Below, piece after piece: positions 35,731-49,600 of a stretch of 64,000 nucleotides of DNA. The notes under the pieces are model-generated. The model made no database searches. It was not told the origin of the DNA and saw nothing but the letters and a program-made list of their open reading frames with translations. Source of the DNA: Takakia lepidozioides (Eukaryota; Plantae; Bryophyta); the NCBI GenBank assembly GCA_030704615.1, contig CM060731.1:53630001-53694000 (forward strand). The letters run 5' to 3'. Both the position numbers and the translations under genes were made by a program. Each line of letters opens with the position of its first letter. The stretch's first letter is position 1.

Positions 35731-38035
35731 AGAAGGGGCGTGAATCCCCTTCTGTGCAAGTGTAGTTGTGCTCCTCCCCAAGTCAATTGGAGGGAAGGAA
35801 AGGAGCTCTCCTCTCAGGTGATCCAACCTCGTCACTCGGTGTGGGTTTCCCTCAGGTCCTTCATGATCAGAGTTCACACAATCCTCATCCACGCCGCAGC
35901 GGAAGAGAAGACATGGATGGGGAGTCTGTATTGTTTTCACCCGTGGTTCTACTTCTACACAACATCCTCTCCCTGGTACACTGCACCAGCCCTGTTACCA
36001 TGCTGTCTTCAGTGATGCAACCAGCCCTACGTCAGTGATGACCACTGCCCTTGTGGGCAGCTCCCTTGGTCAGCAACAAGTGGAATCCCCTTTGTAATAA
36101 GATCACGATTTGGAAGGAGGCAACTCAGATCTGCCATGAGTTGCAGGCCCACCAGTTTGGCCCTTCATGGGTTCATGCTTTCTTTATCTTACCGCCCCAA
36201 TCATCCATTCCTCTCCATCCCCTCTTGCTGGTCAGCTCTCTCCCTTATGTCCTTTTCTCTCTCCCTTTCTCTTTCCTTCAGGGTGAGTAGGTTCCTCACT
36301 CTTTCCACTGTAGCATGTCTATGATGCAATGCAATGCGCATTCAGCCAAGCATCCAGTGCACCCAGCATTGAAATCAACCTTGGTCACACAAGATATAAT
36401 CAGCCCTTTTATCAGTCCCTCTCTTGCCAATGACAGATGCTTCACACTCTACTTTTCCCAGGTGTAGCCATTTGCCCAAGACAGCTCTCAGCCCTTCTAC
36501 AGGTCTCAATTTACACACCCTGACAGCTCTCTTTTTCCCATCAACTGTGAACCTCAGTGGTTCACATGCTGAGAGCACCCTGAGAATCAGATCCAAACCC
36601 AAACAGATGTTGGTTTTTCTGCCCCATCCACATCATCCCTTCTTGTTGTTTCCAAACAGTTCAATCTAACTCTCACTGGTTTCCTCTACCTACTAAGCTA
36701 GTTCCACATTGACTGCAATGTGTCAACATCCCAGGCTAGATTGTTTGTACAAGCTCATGACGCTGAAACAAGAAACAAGATAACAACAACAGCAACCATT
36801 CTGTCCCAGCAACGAATCAACCCTGTTTCCATTCATTTTTCCTACTCTACAATGTAACAGCAGGTGCATCCATCTCCAGTCCATCCTGGTTTGAAGTCCA
36901 GTGTCTTCATTCCATTTCCAAGCTCTTTTTCTTCCTCACATGTCAGTGTCTCTTACTACATACAAGAGACAGTCCAAACTTCACAAAGCGATTTCTAAGT
37001 CACCCCAAAAAGAGAGAAAACCACTCTTCAAACTTATCTGTCTTATACTCATTGAAGCGGTGGGTCTGCCTGTCACGAAAGCACCTTGTCCTCTCCCTCG
37101 TCAGCCATTTCCGACGTCTCTTCTTATCGTGATTCCAATCCTCATCAAGGCATGACGGCTCTGCTTCAGCTGCTGGCACATCCTTGTGTCTGCCAACCTC
37201 TACCCTATCCTTCTACATGTGCATTTCTTCCCTATGAAGTGATCTGGTCCTACAGCCTTTAAGACAGAGAGCAGATACAAAACTTAATTATAGATAGCTT
37301 AAGCGCCATACACACCAGAAGGCGGCACCGCTTCCTCTTGCACAGAATGCCAAGCCAGATCCCTTAACGTCGCTCTTTAAGGCAAGCTGATTCCCTTACA
37401 AAGTGATCTGGTCCTAAAGCTCAAAAACAGACAGCAGCTACAAGATTTGATCACAGACAACCTGAGGCGCTATAACACACCAGCCTGCATTTCTCATCCC
37501 CAAACACCTGCTGAGCCGCTCCATCTCCTCATTAATGTGCTCATCAAGACAATGGCGACAGCAGTGGTGCACCGCCCTTATCACAAACCTGATCCCTCTG
37601 GTTTGATCATTGCTTACGAAGAAGGCGGCACCGCTTCTTCTTGCACAGAAAGCCAAGCAGGAGCTCTTAACATTTCTCTTAAAAGCAAGCTGATACCCTT
37701 TGCGTAGGTGGAACTTTCTCAGATATCCTGTGCTGCCAACACCACTGCAGCAGCTGCGAAAGATACACGCACTCTTCCCCTTCGAATTTCACATCCTGCT
37801 TCTAGGGTTCAACATCATGGATGAAAATCATTCATCCTAGGGATGAAAAGGCGCATGTCATTACTTAGCCATATTTTGTTCTTTGGCAGATCAATAGCAT
37901 AGTCTTTCCATGGAATTACCTCAAGTTATGGACAATTCCTCCCCTTCATTAGCACGAAGGGCACTCCTTTGTAGTAGTGCCGAAACCTGATGCCAAACAA
38001 AAACTTGAATTTTTACCCCCTGCACTCACACTACA
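35731..38035 (-). repeat. 5' LTR (~2.3 kb)
   Basis: Starts TGTAGTG on the minus strand at 38035 and runs up to the PBS. Confidence 0.85.
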
Positions 38036-38719
38036 ATACTCTATTGCAGCGGGATACAACACATAGGTAGCATCAACTATGCCATGTGGTATATGGACGA
38101 TCATGCTATGACATGTGCAATTTGCAACATTGTCATGGAAATTTCAATTCAAATCCTTCGTTTGCAACATCGTCGGCGGTGCAATGATATGGCGTCCCTT
38201 ATCCCTCCATTATCATTCCAACTATACTGAGTGAGCTCTGAGTGGCAACTTTTAAAAGCACATTCATCATTGCACCCTTCGAAGTGTACATGTCTTCCTG
38301 TCGCCATGCACTGCAACCATCTTTTGAAGATGATCCTAACTCTCATTGTTATTTGGGGAGGGAGCAAGGTCTTCTTGTTGCAGCCTCTATGGCACACACT
38401 TTGTGAGGATATTTCAAACCCTTATAATTATAAAAGTGAAACAAACATTTGTAATTGCACAATGTTGGATGCTGCAATTGTAGGCCTCATGGTAGTCTTT
38501 ATTGTATTCAGCCAATGATTCCCTTCATTATTCCCACGGTCATAGGACCATCCTCGGTTATAGGCGGCGCATGTTCATGCTGACGTGGCAGATGACAGCG
38601 CGGGGCCACGTCAGCATTTGCCGCCACATCAGCCTGCTTACATCACGCTCACGCCACGTCAGCTGGCGTGAGCGTACGCTCGCGCGCTCACGCGCAAGGC
38701 TCACGCCATTGCATCGTTG

Positions 38720-39300
38720 CTAGATCAGTGGAGCCCAAACTGAAAACATCTAGATTCTTTGCAATAAGCATTTCCACTTTCCTCCTTTGTCCTGAGGAGA
38801 GAGTTGTGCCCAACTTGATTTCAGATAGAATACAAGAGGTGCACGCTGGCTTTGGACTTGAGGCCATTGGCATCCAACATGGCCTCTTAGATGAGGTTGT
38901 TGCTTTTGCTGCAGTTGCTCCACCACTTGTTCCTGATCTCAGCCCAGAAGGTAAGACGGCCCTCACCAAAGTCTTAACAGAGCAGTGATGCGAGCCAGAT
39001 TCTGCCCCTTTTTTATAGTCACAGGGAAGCGCTCAGGATTAGCAATCAGGATCTTGACTTCTTGCCTATATCCTCTATCTAGAACACCAGTGGCCACCAG
39101 GCAATGCTTAAGGGCAGTCAATCTCCTCTATCCTTCAACTTCTAGGAAATGAGTAGCTGGACACAAGAAGGCCAGACCAGACTTGCCCACCTTTTGGGTC
39201 AAGGCAGGGATGGTGATGTTGAGAGGTACACGAATTAGAGTAGAATTCTTTGGAATAGCTATGGGCGCCCGTAAAGCGCACACTGATACGTAATTCAATA
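38720..39300 (-). pseudogene. Decayed gypsy pol fragment (protease-RT linker)
   Basis: IKLGTTLSSGQRRKVEMLIAKNLDVFSLGSTDL resembles the pre-RT segment of gypsy pol. Confidence 0.5.
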
Positions 39301-39523
39301 TGTCAATATCCCCACACTGTTCCAATCAGCTCCATGTAGAAGGGAGGAACTCGATGCATGCAGGTCATTTCTGAATCCACAAGATCGATTTGAGTGGGAT
39401 AGATTGGGGGAAAGAGGAAGCAGGGAGGGTAATCTGCAGATTTGCCGATCGACATGACTATGGGCAGATTGTGCACCTTGGATAGCTCTATTCACTGTCC
39501 CGTATTTTCCCCCTTGCCTGAAG

Positions 39524-39856
39524 TTGTCATTTAGGTCTATGTACAGCTGCGTTTGTGTTTTTCCTGACATTGCTCATTTCACCCGCGGGTTGTTGCTTCC
39601 CTTCCGCACAATTGAGACAGCGGCCAATGTACCTCCATCTCCAGGAAGCTCTCCAATTCCCCCGGCGGAAGAAGGTGGGGGGGACAAGGAATGGGCTGCG
39701 GTGGAAGGGGGAGGAAAGATTGTGGACGATGAGGATGAGGATGGCGATGGGGGAGAGTTGAAGAACCCAGAGATAGGAGAGGTAGGAGGTCCTAGAGGGC
39801 CTGAGCCGACGCGCTACGGTAACTGGGAGAAGGGGGGCCGCTGTTCAGATTTTTGA
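39524..39856 (+). CDS. SDHAF4: Succinate dehydrogenase assembly factor 4 (DUF1674) homolog, possibly a 5'-truncated fragment
   Basis: Diagnostic C-terminus [26 protein letters not shown]; true start unclear. Confidence 0.8.
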   Translation: MSFRSMYSCVCVFPDIAHFTRGLLLPFRTIETAANVPPSPGSSPIPPAEEGGGDKEWAAVEGGGKIVDDEDEDGDGGELKNPEIGEVGGPRGPEPTRYGNWEKGGRCSDF

Positions 39857-40709
39857 AGTCTATGCACCATAAACCTTTGTCTCTCTCTGTCTGTCTCTCT
39901 TTGTACGTTCCCCCCTTGGTCTCCGATTTTGCAGCTTTCCCCTCTCCTCCAGCTTTAGCTTCGCAGCCTGTCTCACGGTTGTCTTCTCGTGATCCGTCAA
40001 TGTCTTTCTCTAACTTGCTTCGGTCGAAAATAGCATCGTCCTCATTAGGTGAATCTTCCGACGGTCTGTCAGCCTTGCACCCAGGCTGGACAAGTCTTGC
40101 ACGCATGCCATTTTCAATTCCTGCAATGAAGCCGCCATTTGTTGTCGCATCCGTTTCGCAGCCATCACAGTCCACTTTACCTTCACCGTTGGAGCCTCTT
40201 TACATACGTTTATGGAAACATTGAAAAATTAGTGAAGTGATGTATCAAGATTTGGACGCAATTATGTGCACCGGGGCAGTATATCTGAGCTTTCCTGGTA
40301 GCATCCACATTAGTCATGGTCTTTGTTGATTTGTTGCTATGTGTCTCATCCTGCAGAGCTGCATTAGCCATCGGCTGTCGTTGCTTATTCCAATAGGCTG
40401 TGTCTGATCAATAGACCAATCTCTTTTTAGTTTTTTTAGTTGAATGTTGATTTTTTGTTGATTTGTTCAGTGCTCAGTCATCTTTAATAGGTTTTGTAAG
40501 AATCGACAAGTTGATGTTCTATGCCACGTTGTTGTGACAGTAGAGCTGTCAGTACAGGAAGCACGTTGTCATCAGGATTGTTGCAGGAAATTAACAATGT
40601 CGCGAGCTTCTAACTTAATGGTCGAGACTTACAGATGATACACAGGAAATATTGATAATGGATTCGATCTTGGCACTTTGCAGCTTAAGGGAAGTCTCAG
40701 CCAAGCAAG

Positions 40710-40782
40710 GAAGGCCACCTCGTGATGATGCAAACTTGCAAGTTTGAGCGTTGCAAGTTTGCATCATCACGAGGTGGCCTTC
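40710..40782. repeat. Perfect 32-bp inverted repeat with 9-nt loop
   Basis: gaaggccacctcgtgatgatgcaaacttgcaa-gtttgagcg-ttgcaagtttgcatcatcacgaggtggccttc. Confidence 0.9.
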
Positions 40783-41488
40783 ATGTCATCCTTGACAACT
40801 CTCAGTCTCAGGGCCATTAGGAGGTTTGGCGTGTAAACTTTGCTGCGCAGAGCCGGGGTTTTTCCGGTTTTTTCCGGCTTTGTCTGTTCTGTGGGCCATT
40901 GTGTGTACTAGTTGTACCCTAGTTTCTTCACTCTCCTTGTTGAAATGCATAAATCTCTTGGGTCAGAAAGCCAGATGAGCAACAAGACCAATGGCCTAGA
41001 TAACAAACTGGTTTGGTATGTTCCATATTGAGAAGCTATGTCAATTATTTTTTGATTCCACTATGTAGGACGGGAGGTTTACAAACTCGTTTTAAAAAAA
41101 AATGGGATATGATGGACTCCTACCCACCAACACTAGTGAGTACAGAAGGAAACAACTTTTATTTTGGGTATTTTGTGAGTATCATGGTAAATAAAGAAGG
41201 ATATTGTATTTGAAATTGACATTTTTCTTTTTGGAATTCCATTATATTCAGTTTATTTCAGATTCATCACATCCACTGAATTCCATTATATTTAGTTTCC
41301 TTCAGTTTTATTCATGCAGATTATAACATCCAATTCTATTATAAACGTGAATAAAAATAAATCGATATGCTTGGATTAATTGAACTTTCACAATAGATAT
41401 CGTAAATAAAAATTCTAAAGTTGCGTCCAAAATATTTATTGCTTGTCCAAAGAAGACAGTCTGATTATAGTTCTTCATGAAATTGTGC

Positions 41489-41915
41489 CTTGTTTTTTTT
41501 AGACCATAACTCCGAACATCTGCTGAACCACTTCCACCAATTTTTTTACTTTTTAATTAAGATCGCCCATTGCTACATCAAGTTGTTGTAATGTCTGCAT
41601 TGCTCTCTGCCTTTCCCTTCACCATTCCCATAAACCCTTGCAGAAGGTTTCTTCCTATCTCCTTGTTCTTAAGGATCAAGGGTTCCTATCTCCTTGTTCT
41701 TAAGGATCAAGGGTGGCCTGTGTTTTTTTAAGACCATAACTCCGAACATCTGCTGAACCACTTCCACCAATTTTTTTACTTTTTAATTAAGATCGCCCAT
41801 TGGCTAACATCAAGTTGTGTAAATGTCTGCATTGCTCTCTGCCTTTCCCTTCACCATTCCCATAAACCCTTGCAGAAGGTTTTTTCCTATCTCCTTGTTC
41901 TTAAGGATCAAGGGT
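41489..41915. repeat. ~230-bp tandem duplication
   Basis: agaccataactccgaacatctgctgaacc...ttcttaaggatcaagggt occurs twice. Confidence 0.8.
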
Positions 41916-42159
41916 GTCCAAAATAACCATATCTGAATAATTATAGCTACGGCCAATACTAAATGAAACATGTAAATTATGTCAAATTTGTTCATAGTTT
42001 AGAATAACAAAATCTCAAAGCTTATCTAACAACAATCTCATTAGAGCAAGGGTCTAGAGGCCCAAAACATTCAATTGGGGACGTCTACCGTTGCGCCTTA
42101 TTTTCTAAACTTGCAGCATAAGCTTTTGCATCTAACAAAAAATTTGGTCATTTAATGTC

Positions 42160-45100
42160 GCGCACCTCACTTCGGTAAGCTCCCCTTCAAGTCATAGTTA
42201 CTTCGCTTTTGATTGGCGGCAGGCCTAACTCCCAACCTGGCCGCCGGGCCAACTCGGAGCTTTCGGTTGCTCCCACAGGACATAACAGGCCCCCTCCTTC
42301 TTCCCCCACAGACCCTCCACAAATTTGGCCTAGGTTGGGGAAATGGAAATTCCCTTTGGTAAGATGACAGTCCGGAATAGCTCCCACTCACTTGGTCGTT
42401 TTCCGGCTCGCTCGCTTACTCACTAGTTTTTGGTCACCAACGAGGCTTACACCGTTCTCTCGGGGTTAATACTCCCCTTATATTACTTCTGTGACTGTCA
42501 GCGGGGTTCACAAACAACCATGCCATTTTATGGCGAACCATACCATCACCCCCTTGTTGAAGCCACCCCCACCGCAACCCGGTGTGTGCGGGGCTCCACC
42601 TAGTGAGTGCCTCCGCCTCTTTGAGTGCCTTGGGCACTCAAGGTTGCTTCAGCCGTCCCACATCAAGGAGTTTGTTTTCGCACCATGGCGTCCCATGGCA
42701 AAGAACAAAACCCCACACTTGACTCTACTCTCCACTAGCTAGTTCGACCGACTTTCTCCAAGTCCCGACCAAGGGTGGAGCCTCTTAAGCTCCTCCCAGT
42801 GCACTCTTCTTGGCCAACTTCACGGCCAAGTAATGATCATTCCCGAGGATCGAATCGCCTTACTGCAACAACATTGCTTGCGACCGCTTATGATGCCGCT
42901 TTTGGCATCACCTTGAGCAAATGTTCACCTTGAACCTTTTTTACTAGGAAGATAACCTTGAACCAACCGTGCACCCCAATCATTACAATTGGGTTCGCAT
43001 TGGAATGCTGGCCTGAGGTACGGGAACACGCCGAAGCCACACTACGACTTCGTCTCGAGGCTACACGATTATAGAGTACGTGAACGGAAGCACGTAGCTC
43101 CGCGTTAACCCGCACTACAAGGCAAACCCTCGTAGCGCAGTTATAGTACGCGCAAGCGTCAGGTGCGCACTAACACGTGAACTACAAAAGAGGCGCAAGT
43201 TTCCTTGCCCCTTGGATGGGAGTCACCCGATTTTGGCACTGCGCAACCACACGATTAATCCAATTTACTTCTCCCACTTTTGTAAGCTAGCATGCATTCT
43301 ACACACTAGCCAACCATACCATGCATCACCATTCCAAACAAAATAGGAGGCGCAAACATTTGGGAACCATTCATTTATAACAAAATTTGTACAACACAAG
43401 TTTTTGCAATCGGATTCTGAGCTAGCTAAAGCCGGGCTAAGCATGCATTTCCTTCCCCACGATCCAAGGTGATGTCCCCATCAACGCTTCTTCCGTTTTG
43501 AGGTCGCCCTTCGAAAGCTGCAAACCGCCTCGGATGCGTTTCCCATTTCTGAGGCACGAACCCAAGATGCTCCACATGATGATAGCCCTTCTATTCATGA
43601 GATACTCCGTTTTCGATTCTTGAACCTCCTCGACTTAAGCACTGCCTCCACCTCATACTCAAGTTCATTTTCATGATCCAACATCACAGGTGGCGGACAC
43701 AACATTTGATGCCGATTCGGACGCGCTTCATCTTTGAAGTAAGGCTTCAAAAGGGAAAGTGGGAATACCGGATGCATCTGCTGTTTGTCGGCAGCTCCAA
43801 TTCATACACATCCTCATTCATAACCTTCCGGATGCGAAAGGGTCCCACATACGGAGGTACGAACTTCGGACTCACTTCCGGAGGTAGTCGAAAATTCTTG
43901 ATGCTCAACCAGACCTCCGTGCCTGCCTCAAACTTGACTTCCTTCCGCTTCCGATTTGCCTGCCGTTCATACCGTTTCCTAGCTTTGGCGATGTTGTACT
44001 TTGCGAGCTTCAACAAACGCTCCCGTTCCTCCAACACCGCTGCTGCTGCTGCCGGTTCCTCAATATATTGGGCAGCCCAACTTGTCGGCACTAGAGGTGC
44101 TTTTCCATAGACCAATACGAAAAAGAGGAAACACCCGTTGCGGAGTGTTTTTGTGTTATTATAACAAAACTCTGCCGCGTCCAAGTGCTCCACCCAGTCC
44201 GATGGTTTGCCGACACGTAATTCACAAGATCTGCTTCACCACGGAATTCACCCCTTTTGTTTGGCCGTCCGTCGTAGGTCGGAAGGCGGTGCTCATCTTG
44301 AGCCTCGTCCCCATCTTCTTTCAAAGTGCCTTCCAAAATTTACTCGTAAACTTTGGATTGCGGTCCGAGACAATATCCTTCGGGAGGTCCATGATGCTTG
44401 AAGAGTGGGCGAAGTAAAGTCGCCCCGTCTCCTGTGCCGTGCATCTCCTTGGTGGGAATAAAATGGCCCATTTTCCTGAACCTATTCACCACCACCATGA
44501 TTGCATCGAATCCTTTTGACAACGGCATAACAGTCATGAAATCCATCGACACACTTTCCCAAGACCCCTCTAGAATCGGCAAGGGTTGTAACAGCCCCGT
44601 TTGCTTTTTGTACTCACTCCGGTTTGTTGGCATGTGGTGCATGTCTTGACAATACTCCTCGGCCTCCTCCCTCAGTTTGGGCAATAAATACTCTTTCTCA
44701 AGAGTGCCGCGGTGCGCTTGGCTCCGCGTGCCCGCAAGGGGCCATCATGACATTCTCTAGGGGAGATCTCTGATCCCTCCCTTCGACACGTAGAGACGTT
44801 TTTGCTTACCACCGGGGGCAGTCCATTTTGCAAGTGGAACTGCAATTTAACTCCCATCCTCAAGTCCCGCATCACGGACTTCGTCATCTCATCTTCCGGT
44901 AACGCATTCGGATCTTCCTTTGGAGCGCCGCGTCCGCCTCTTGTACACCAACCTTAAGTTGCTACTTTCTACTTAAGCATCGACGGCCACCACATTGTCT
45001 TGTCCCAGTTTGTACTGGATATCCACGTCAAAGAGCCAAAGTATCTTGCCACCTAAGTTGTTTTGGGGACAAACTTAGGCTGCGTGGCAAAATTACTTCA

Positions 45101-45230
45101 CCGTGACATTGTCCATGAACCCTTCACCGCGGTTGGAACCAACATAGTGGACGCCAAAGCTCAAGGCAATGCACCACCGCCTTCATTCCTTCTCATGCGT
45201 AGGGCCACCGTCGCTCTATACTACATCAGT
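42160..45230 (-). mobile_element. Decayed chromovirus (gypsy RNase H-integrase-chromodomain plus probable 3' LTR)
   Basis: LLQPLPILEGSWESVSMDF, PPYVGPFRI, HPVF..SLLKPY, EYEVEAVLKSR; many frameshifts; boundaries approximate. Confidence 0.8.
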
Positions 45231-45759
45231 GTCTTACTTTCGTAAGCCACTGGACGTCCATCTGCATGAGTACACCCCTATAGCAAGTCGACGCATCCGT
45301 ATGATCTCAAATGGACGGTTCGAACTCCGGGGGATTGGAGGACTGGAGCTTCCGGTATGAGAGTATGAGAGGAGTATGCAGAGTGTGTGAATGCATGGCG
45401 CATGACAGACACCTTTGCATCGCGATGTGATGGGAAATTCAATGCCCACTTTGCTGCAAGAATAAAAGCTTTGATATGAGTAGAAGCTATCACTGAAGGT
45501 CACTGAAGTTATCACGACAGAAACTTTGCAGTCCATTTCCTGTATATGAGGATTTCAGCCGTCTGGTCATATGGAGCGAATACACTCAGGTACATGTTGG
45601 GATGGTGAAGGTTCTGGATTACATGGGTTGCGGATATAGCATACATCGACATCCCCACCTATCCGCACTTAATCCATCGGCACCCAGAGGATTGGGGCGA
45701 AGACATGCAAGTACCTCGTGGAGAAGCCTTCGAGCTGCTAAGTAGTGAGGCGTCACCTT

Positions 45760-46259
45760 TGCCTTGATAGCTTACTAGCAGTTTCCACAACGACTTTATC
45801 CTTAAAAAGCTTGTCGTAGGTGCCACCTGGACTGAATCTCTCCATATGGTCCTTCGGTTTGGCTCCATCTCTCATAAGCTCAAAACCCCAACCGCATCAT
45901 GGAGATAGCAAATAGTCCAAGTAACCTTTAGTTCCGAAGAGGAGCCCAACATCTGACGATAAAACTGCAGTCCTGGGAATGATCGTGCAGGTTGCTTTGT
46001 AAAACTCATTCTCATATTGGCGCTCATAAACCGTATTATCTGCAGTGTTCCGGGACTCAGACAATTCATGCCGACATGGATCAAACCTTTCAATCACTTG
46101 ACGGACGAACACCAACACACCTTCCTTCTTAAATGCTATCAGAAGTTGAGTCACCACTGCATTAATACAACTCGTGAAATAAAAATTGCCTATGCAACTG
46201 CGATGTGAAGGTCTCAACCAGCCTTTGTCAGACTTGTTGTATAATTTGTGTTCTGGCAC
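45760..46259 (-). pseudogene. Crinkler (CR) effector-type restriction-endonuclease-fold C-terminal domain relic
   Basis: VYERQYENEFYKA...SSDVGLLFGTKGYLDYLL..*.GWGFELMRDG...DHMERFSPGGTY, with one in-frame stop. Confidence 0.6.
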
Positions 46260-47121
46260 TATGTAAAGAGTAGGGTGTCAAGTTTTCCCCTTCAAAATCC
46301 ATCATGAAGGAATTATTATAATTGACATCTTGTATGAAGATCATCTCTCAAAATATGTGGTGGAGTCTACAATTTTTCTTTGTTAGTGATGGGCAATGAT
46401 AACAATTTGTTTTTGACATCAAAGTGTTTATATAATTTGTGTAAAGAGTAGGATGTCAAGTTTTCTCCTTCAAAATCCGTCATGAATCTTGATTTTTATC
46501 CTGACATTCTGAAGGAATCTTTGCATCGAACATGGATCCCTGACACCACTCCATTCCCTAATTTGCTCAAATGAATTGTACAAATCCATCACCATTCACG
46601 TTCCACTGGAGAAAGAATCCTATGTTTATTTGATTGAACAAGTCGTGACAAGAGCGTGACAAAAAAGTTTGTCGTCTAAAAACCCGAGAATGATTGCAAT
46701 GTGAATGAGGATGATACTGGAGAAAGGCAATGGTTACGGGATGTGGGCGGTGAGTTGAGAGCCAATGAGAGGATCGAGATCATTCAACTTGATTTCAAGC
46801 ATCTTATCACTCTTGTGCTTGAGACAAAAAACAAGGCTATGAGATTGTTTCTAATGAAGGAGAGGGTGGTAGTGGAGGGAGAGAGGGAGGGAGGAGGAGA
46901 CAATGGAGGTAGTTGAGGCAGATGATTGACATGCAAAAGGGAGGCTCCGGATATCTCTATCGACATACCTCACAACTCCTTCCCGTCTGTACACGACATC
47001 TTCGAGAAATGCAAGCACACCAGTGATGCTGCACACGAAATCGTCGAAGTGGTAATCTGTTCCATCGAGGACGCGGTGTTGGTATTCATTTAATTGAGAG
47101 CTGTATGTCTCTTAACAGTTT

Positions 47122-47292
47122 GTTTCATATTAACCATAGTGCTGATAATCTGAACAACTCAAAGCAAAGACTCTATGACAAATAATATATGTATCATATT
47201 AAGCACGTTTCATATTAACCATAGTGCTGATAATCTGAACAACTCAAAGCAAAGACTCTATGACAAATAATATATGTATCATATTAAGCACG
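47122..47292. repeat. ~85-bp tandem duplication
   Basis: gtttcatattaaccatagtgctg...catattaagcacg occurs twice. Confidence 0.85.
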
Positions 47293-48749
47293 AGAGAGTT
47301 GTAGATATTTGACACAAAGGTAAAATCAAATCTTGACTTCAATATTGGTGCAAACAAAACCAATCTAAAGGACGTTCTCTTACCCTCAATTTTTATTTAT
47401 CAGGTGACACAACAAAAAGAATAGTCCGAATAACAAGCTTGTATAAGTCATTATCCATTTGTAGGCAAAGCTTTAGTTCATCAGGTTGGTCAATAATGAA
47501 ATCAATTTGCATTTTCAGGGTTGCCAATTTCTCCCCAATAGTTGATTTGGCTTCACCTTTGACCATGGGCACTAACGTACGTGCCATGGTGAAGGCCAAC
47601 CTGAACCAGCTCATGTAATCTATCTATTTCAAAATGTCCCGGTTCATGTTCTCAAATATGGCACCATGGTCCTCAAATGATGACTCCAAGACTCAGACGG
47701 AAGACAACAACTCTGTATCAAAAATACAGATGGTTGTAAGGCCCGATCTACTGTTGGTAAGGTGGATATCTTTAAAGCATTTTTTGATGGCAGTGATTGG
47801 AGATTCAATCCATTCAAATTTATCCCTTCAGTTAATTCTATAACGTCCAATTCAATAACATCCAAAATTTATCCCTTCAGTTAGTTCTATAACATCCAAT
47901 TCCATTATATTCAGCTCCATTCAGTTTTATCCTTTCAGATTTGTGTCCCTTGTATTTGAATTGTTTTTACTTCTGAATGATAGAGAGGTGTTTCGTTTCT
48001 GAAAATTTTCAAGTGTTACATTTCATTTTTGCAGCATCTTTATTCATTATTGATTATTTAATAATCATACTATATAGATATAGATTTACCTTACTATATA
48101 TAAGTATCGACTTAAACTTGCAATATCAGATGGTGGAGCCAAAGTTATGCAACAGACTACTCGTGGCTTGTTATTAAACCCAACCAATAAAGTTTTTGAA
48201 AGATTGTCAAATCGGGTGTGTAATTTGTGTGGGTGCATATATATATATAAGGAAATGAGTGAGTGACACCCACCGGAACAAATTCACAAATTGGGCCCTA
48301 TATTGAGAAGAAGATCTTAAGTTTTCAATTTATGCAAAGAGATATGAAACAAATTTAAAACATTTAGTTCTTGAACCGAACCATTGGACATTGTCATATT
48401 TGGTGTATCTAAATATGACTCAAATCGGACCCCTTAATTATAAGAGAGAAGAATAACCTTGCAACTTACTATGCAAAACCCATGATCAATTTGGAGCAAA
48501 ATCTTGAAAATCAGAATCGTATAATTTAATTTTTTAATAACTAGTGAGCTTTGCACTGCTGTGTGGCCTTTCAGCTATTTGGGTTCCAAAAGAAAAGAAC
48601 CGGAAAGAACACAGCTACCAAGGATGATAATGAATCAAATGCCCCACCAACCTTCTGAAATCAGGGACGAGCAAGGAGGAACCTGAAATTGCAATAAACT
48701 TGAACTGTCCCAACCAACTTCCTTAAAGCACTAAACTCTTTGCATCTCC

Positions 48750-49600
48750 TTAGATAGAAGGTTCTTGGTTCAATGATTTGTTGATGATACAGATTTGTAT
48801 GGCTTTAATGTTGGCCCCTTGGGAAAGGCAACAATGAAGGAAGGCATGTGATGGAAAACACTTTGCTTTAATCTTGCAATGTTTACGGGTATTCAACGTT
48901 GAAATGCAAACTATTGGTAGGATCATTGCCTACACCTCCCTGTACACCACTTTCTTTTGCAAGGAAGCCATTCTGACTAAGAGTCGACCATTGGAGAGTA
49001 TAGGATGAATATGCCAGAAGTGTAAGAAATCTTGTATTTGGAAAAAATACCAACAAATGGCTAGTCCTCACTGCAGATAGAAGAAATAACTCTGAAGACG
49101 GACTAGACCAATATTTAGATCTCGTCAACAGAGCAGAGGCGCAATTGATTTTTAAATAAAGAAAAATAAAAAAGCATTTATATATATATATAATGTCAGA
49201 CGCTGCGTTGCGCTACGTGGCATAATGCATTTTTTTATCGGATGACTGGCTAGCCTGTAGTGCCAGCCCAGCAAACTAACATTCATGAGAGCAACATAGC
49301 TTTCTAATGCCCAATAGACAGTCTGCAACCTCAATAGATTGGAATGGGGATGCAGTTCTTCTATGGGTGGTGGACAAGGGGAGCCTTGGTCTACACACAA
49401 AAATCTTAAGAAGCTGCGAAGACTTTCAACAGCAGGGGTATGGTACACAATAAATGGAGCCCAAAAATCATGTTCATACTGGAAGGGAGGTCCTTTGCAT
49501 GTCGAACTAACCACATACAAATGGTCCCCTCTAAATTGCAAAGACACCTTGCATTGAGCCAAAAATGGAAGGGAATCACCAAGTTCCAATAGGAGAGCAA
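48750..49600 (+). pseudogene. Highly decayed LINE reverse transcriptase fragments
   Basis: FVDDTDLY near 48780 and NLKKLRRLSTAG..IN..KSCSYW near 49400-49480. Confidence 0.35.

Larger units (their letters stand above)
27675..38035 (-). mobile_element. Young Ty3/gypsy LTR retrotransposon
   Basis: Near-identical LTRs, PBS TGGTATCAGAGC (~35717-35728), gag-PR-RT-RH-INT order, PPT at ~29166-29177. Confidence 0.95.

Noticed and set aside
38270-38335. CTC...CNH as the missing SWIM finger of the element A transposase
   Set aside because: Spacing and context do not match B's SWIM, and no flanking homology is visible.
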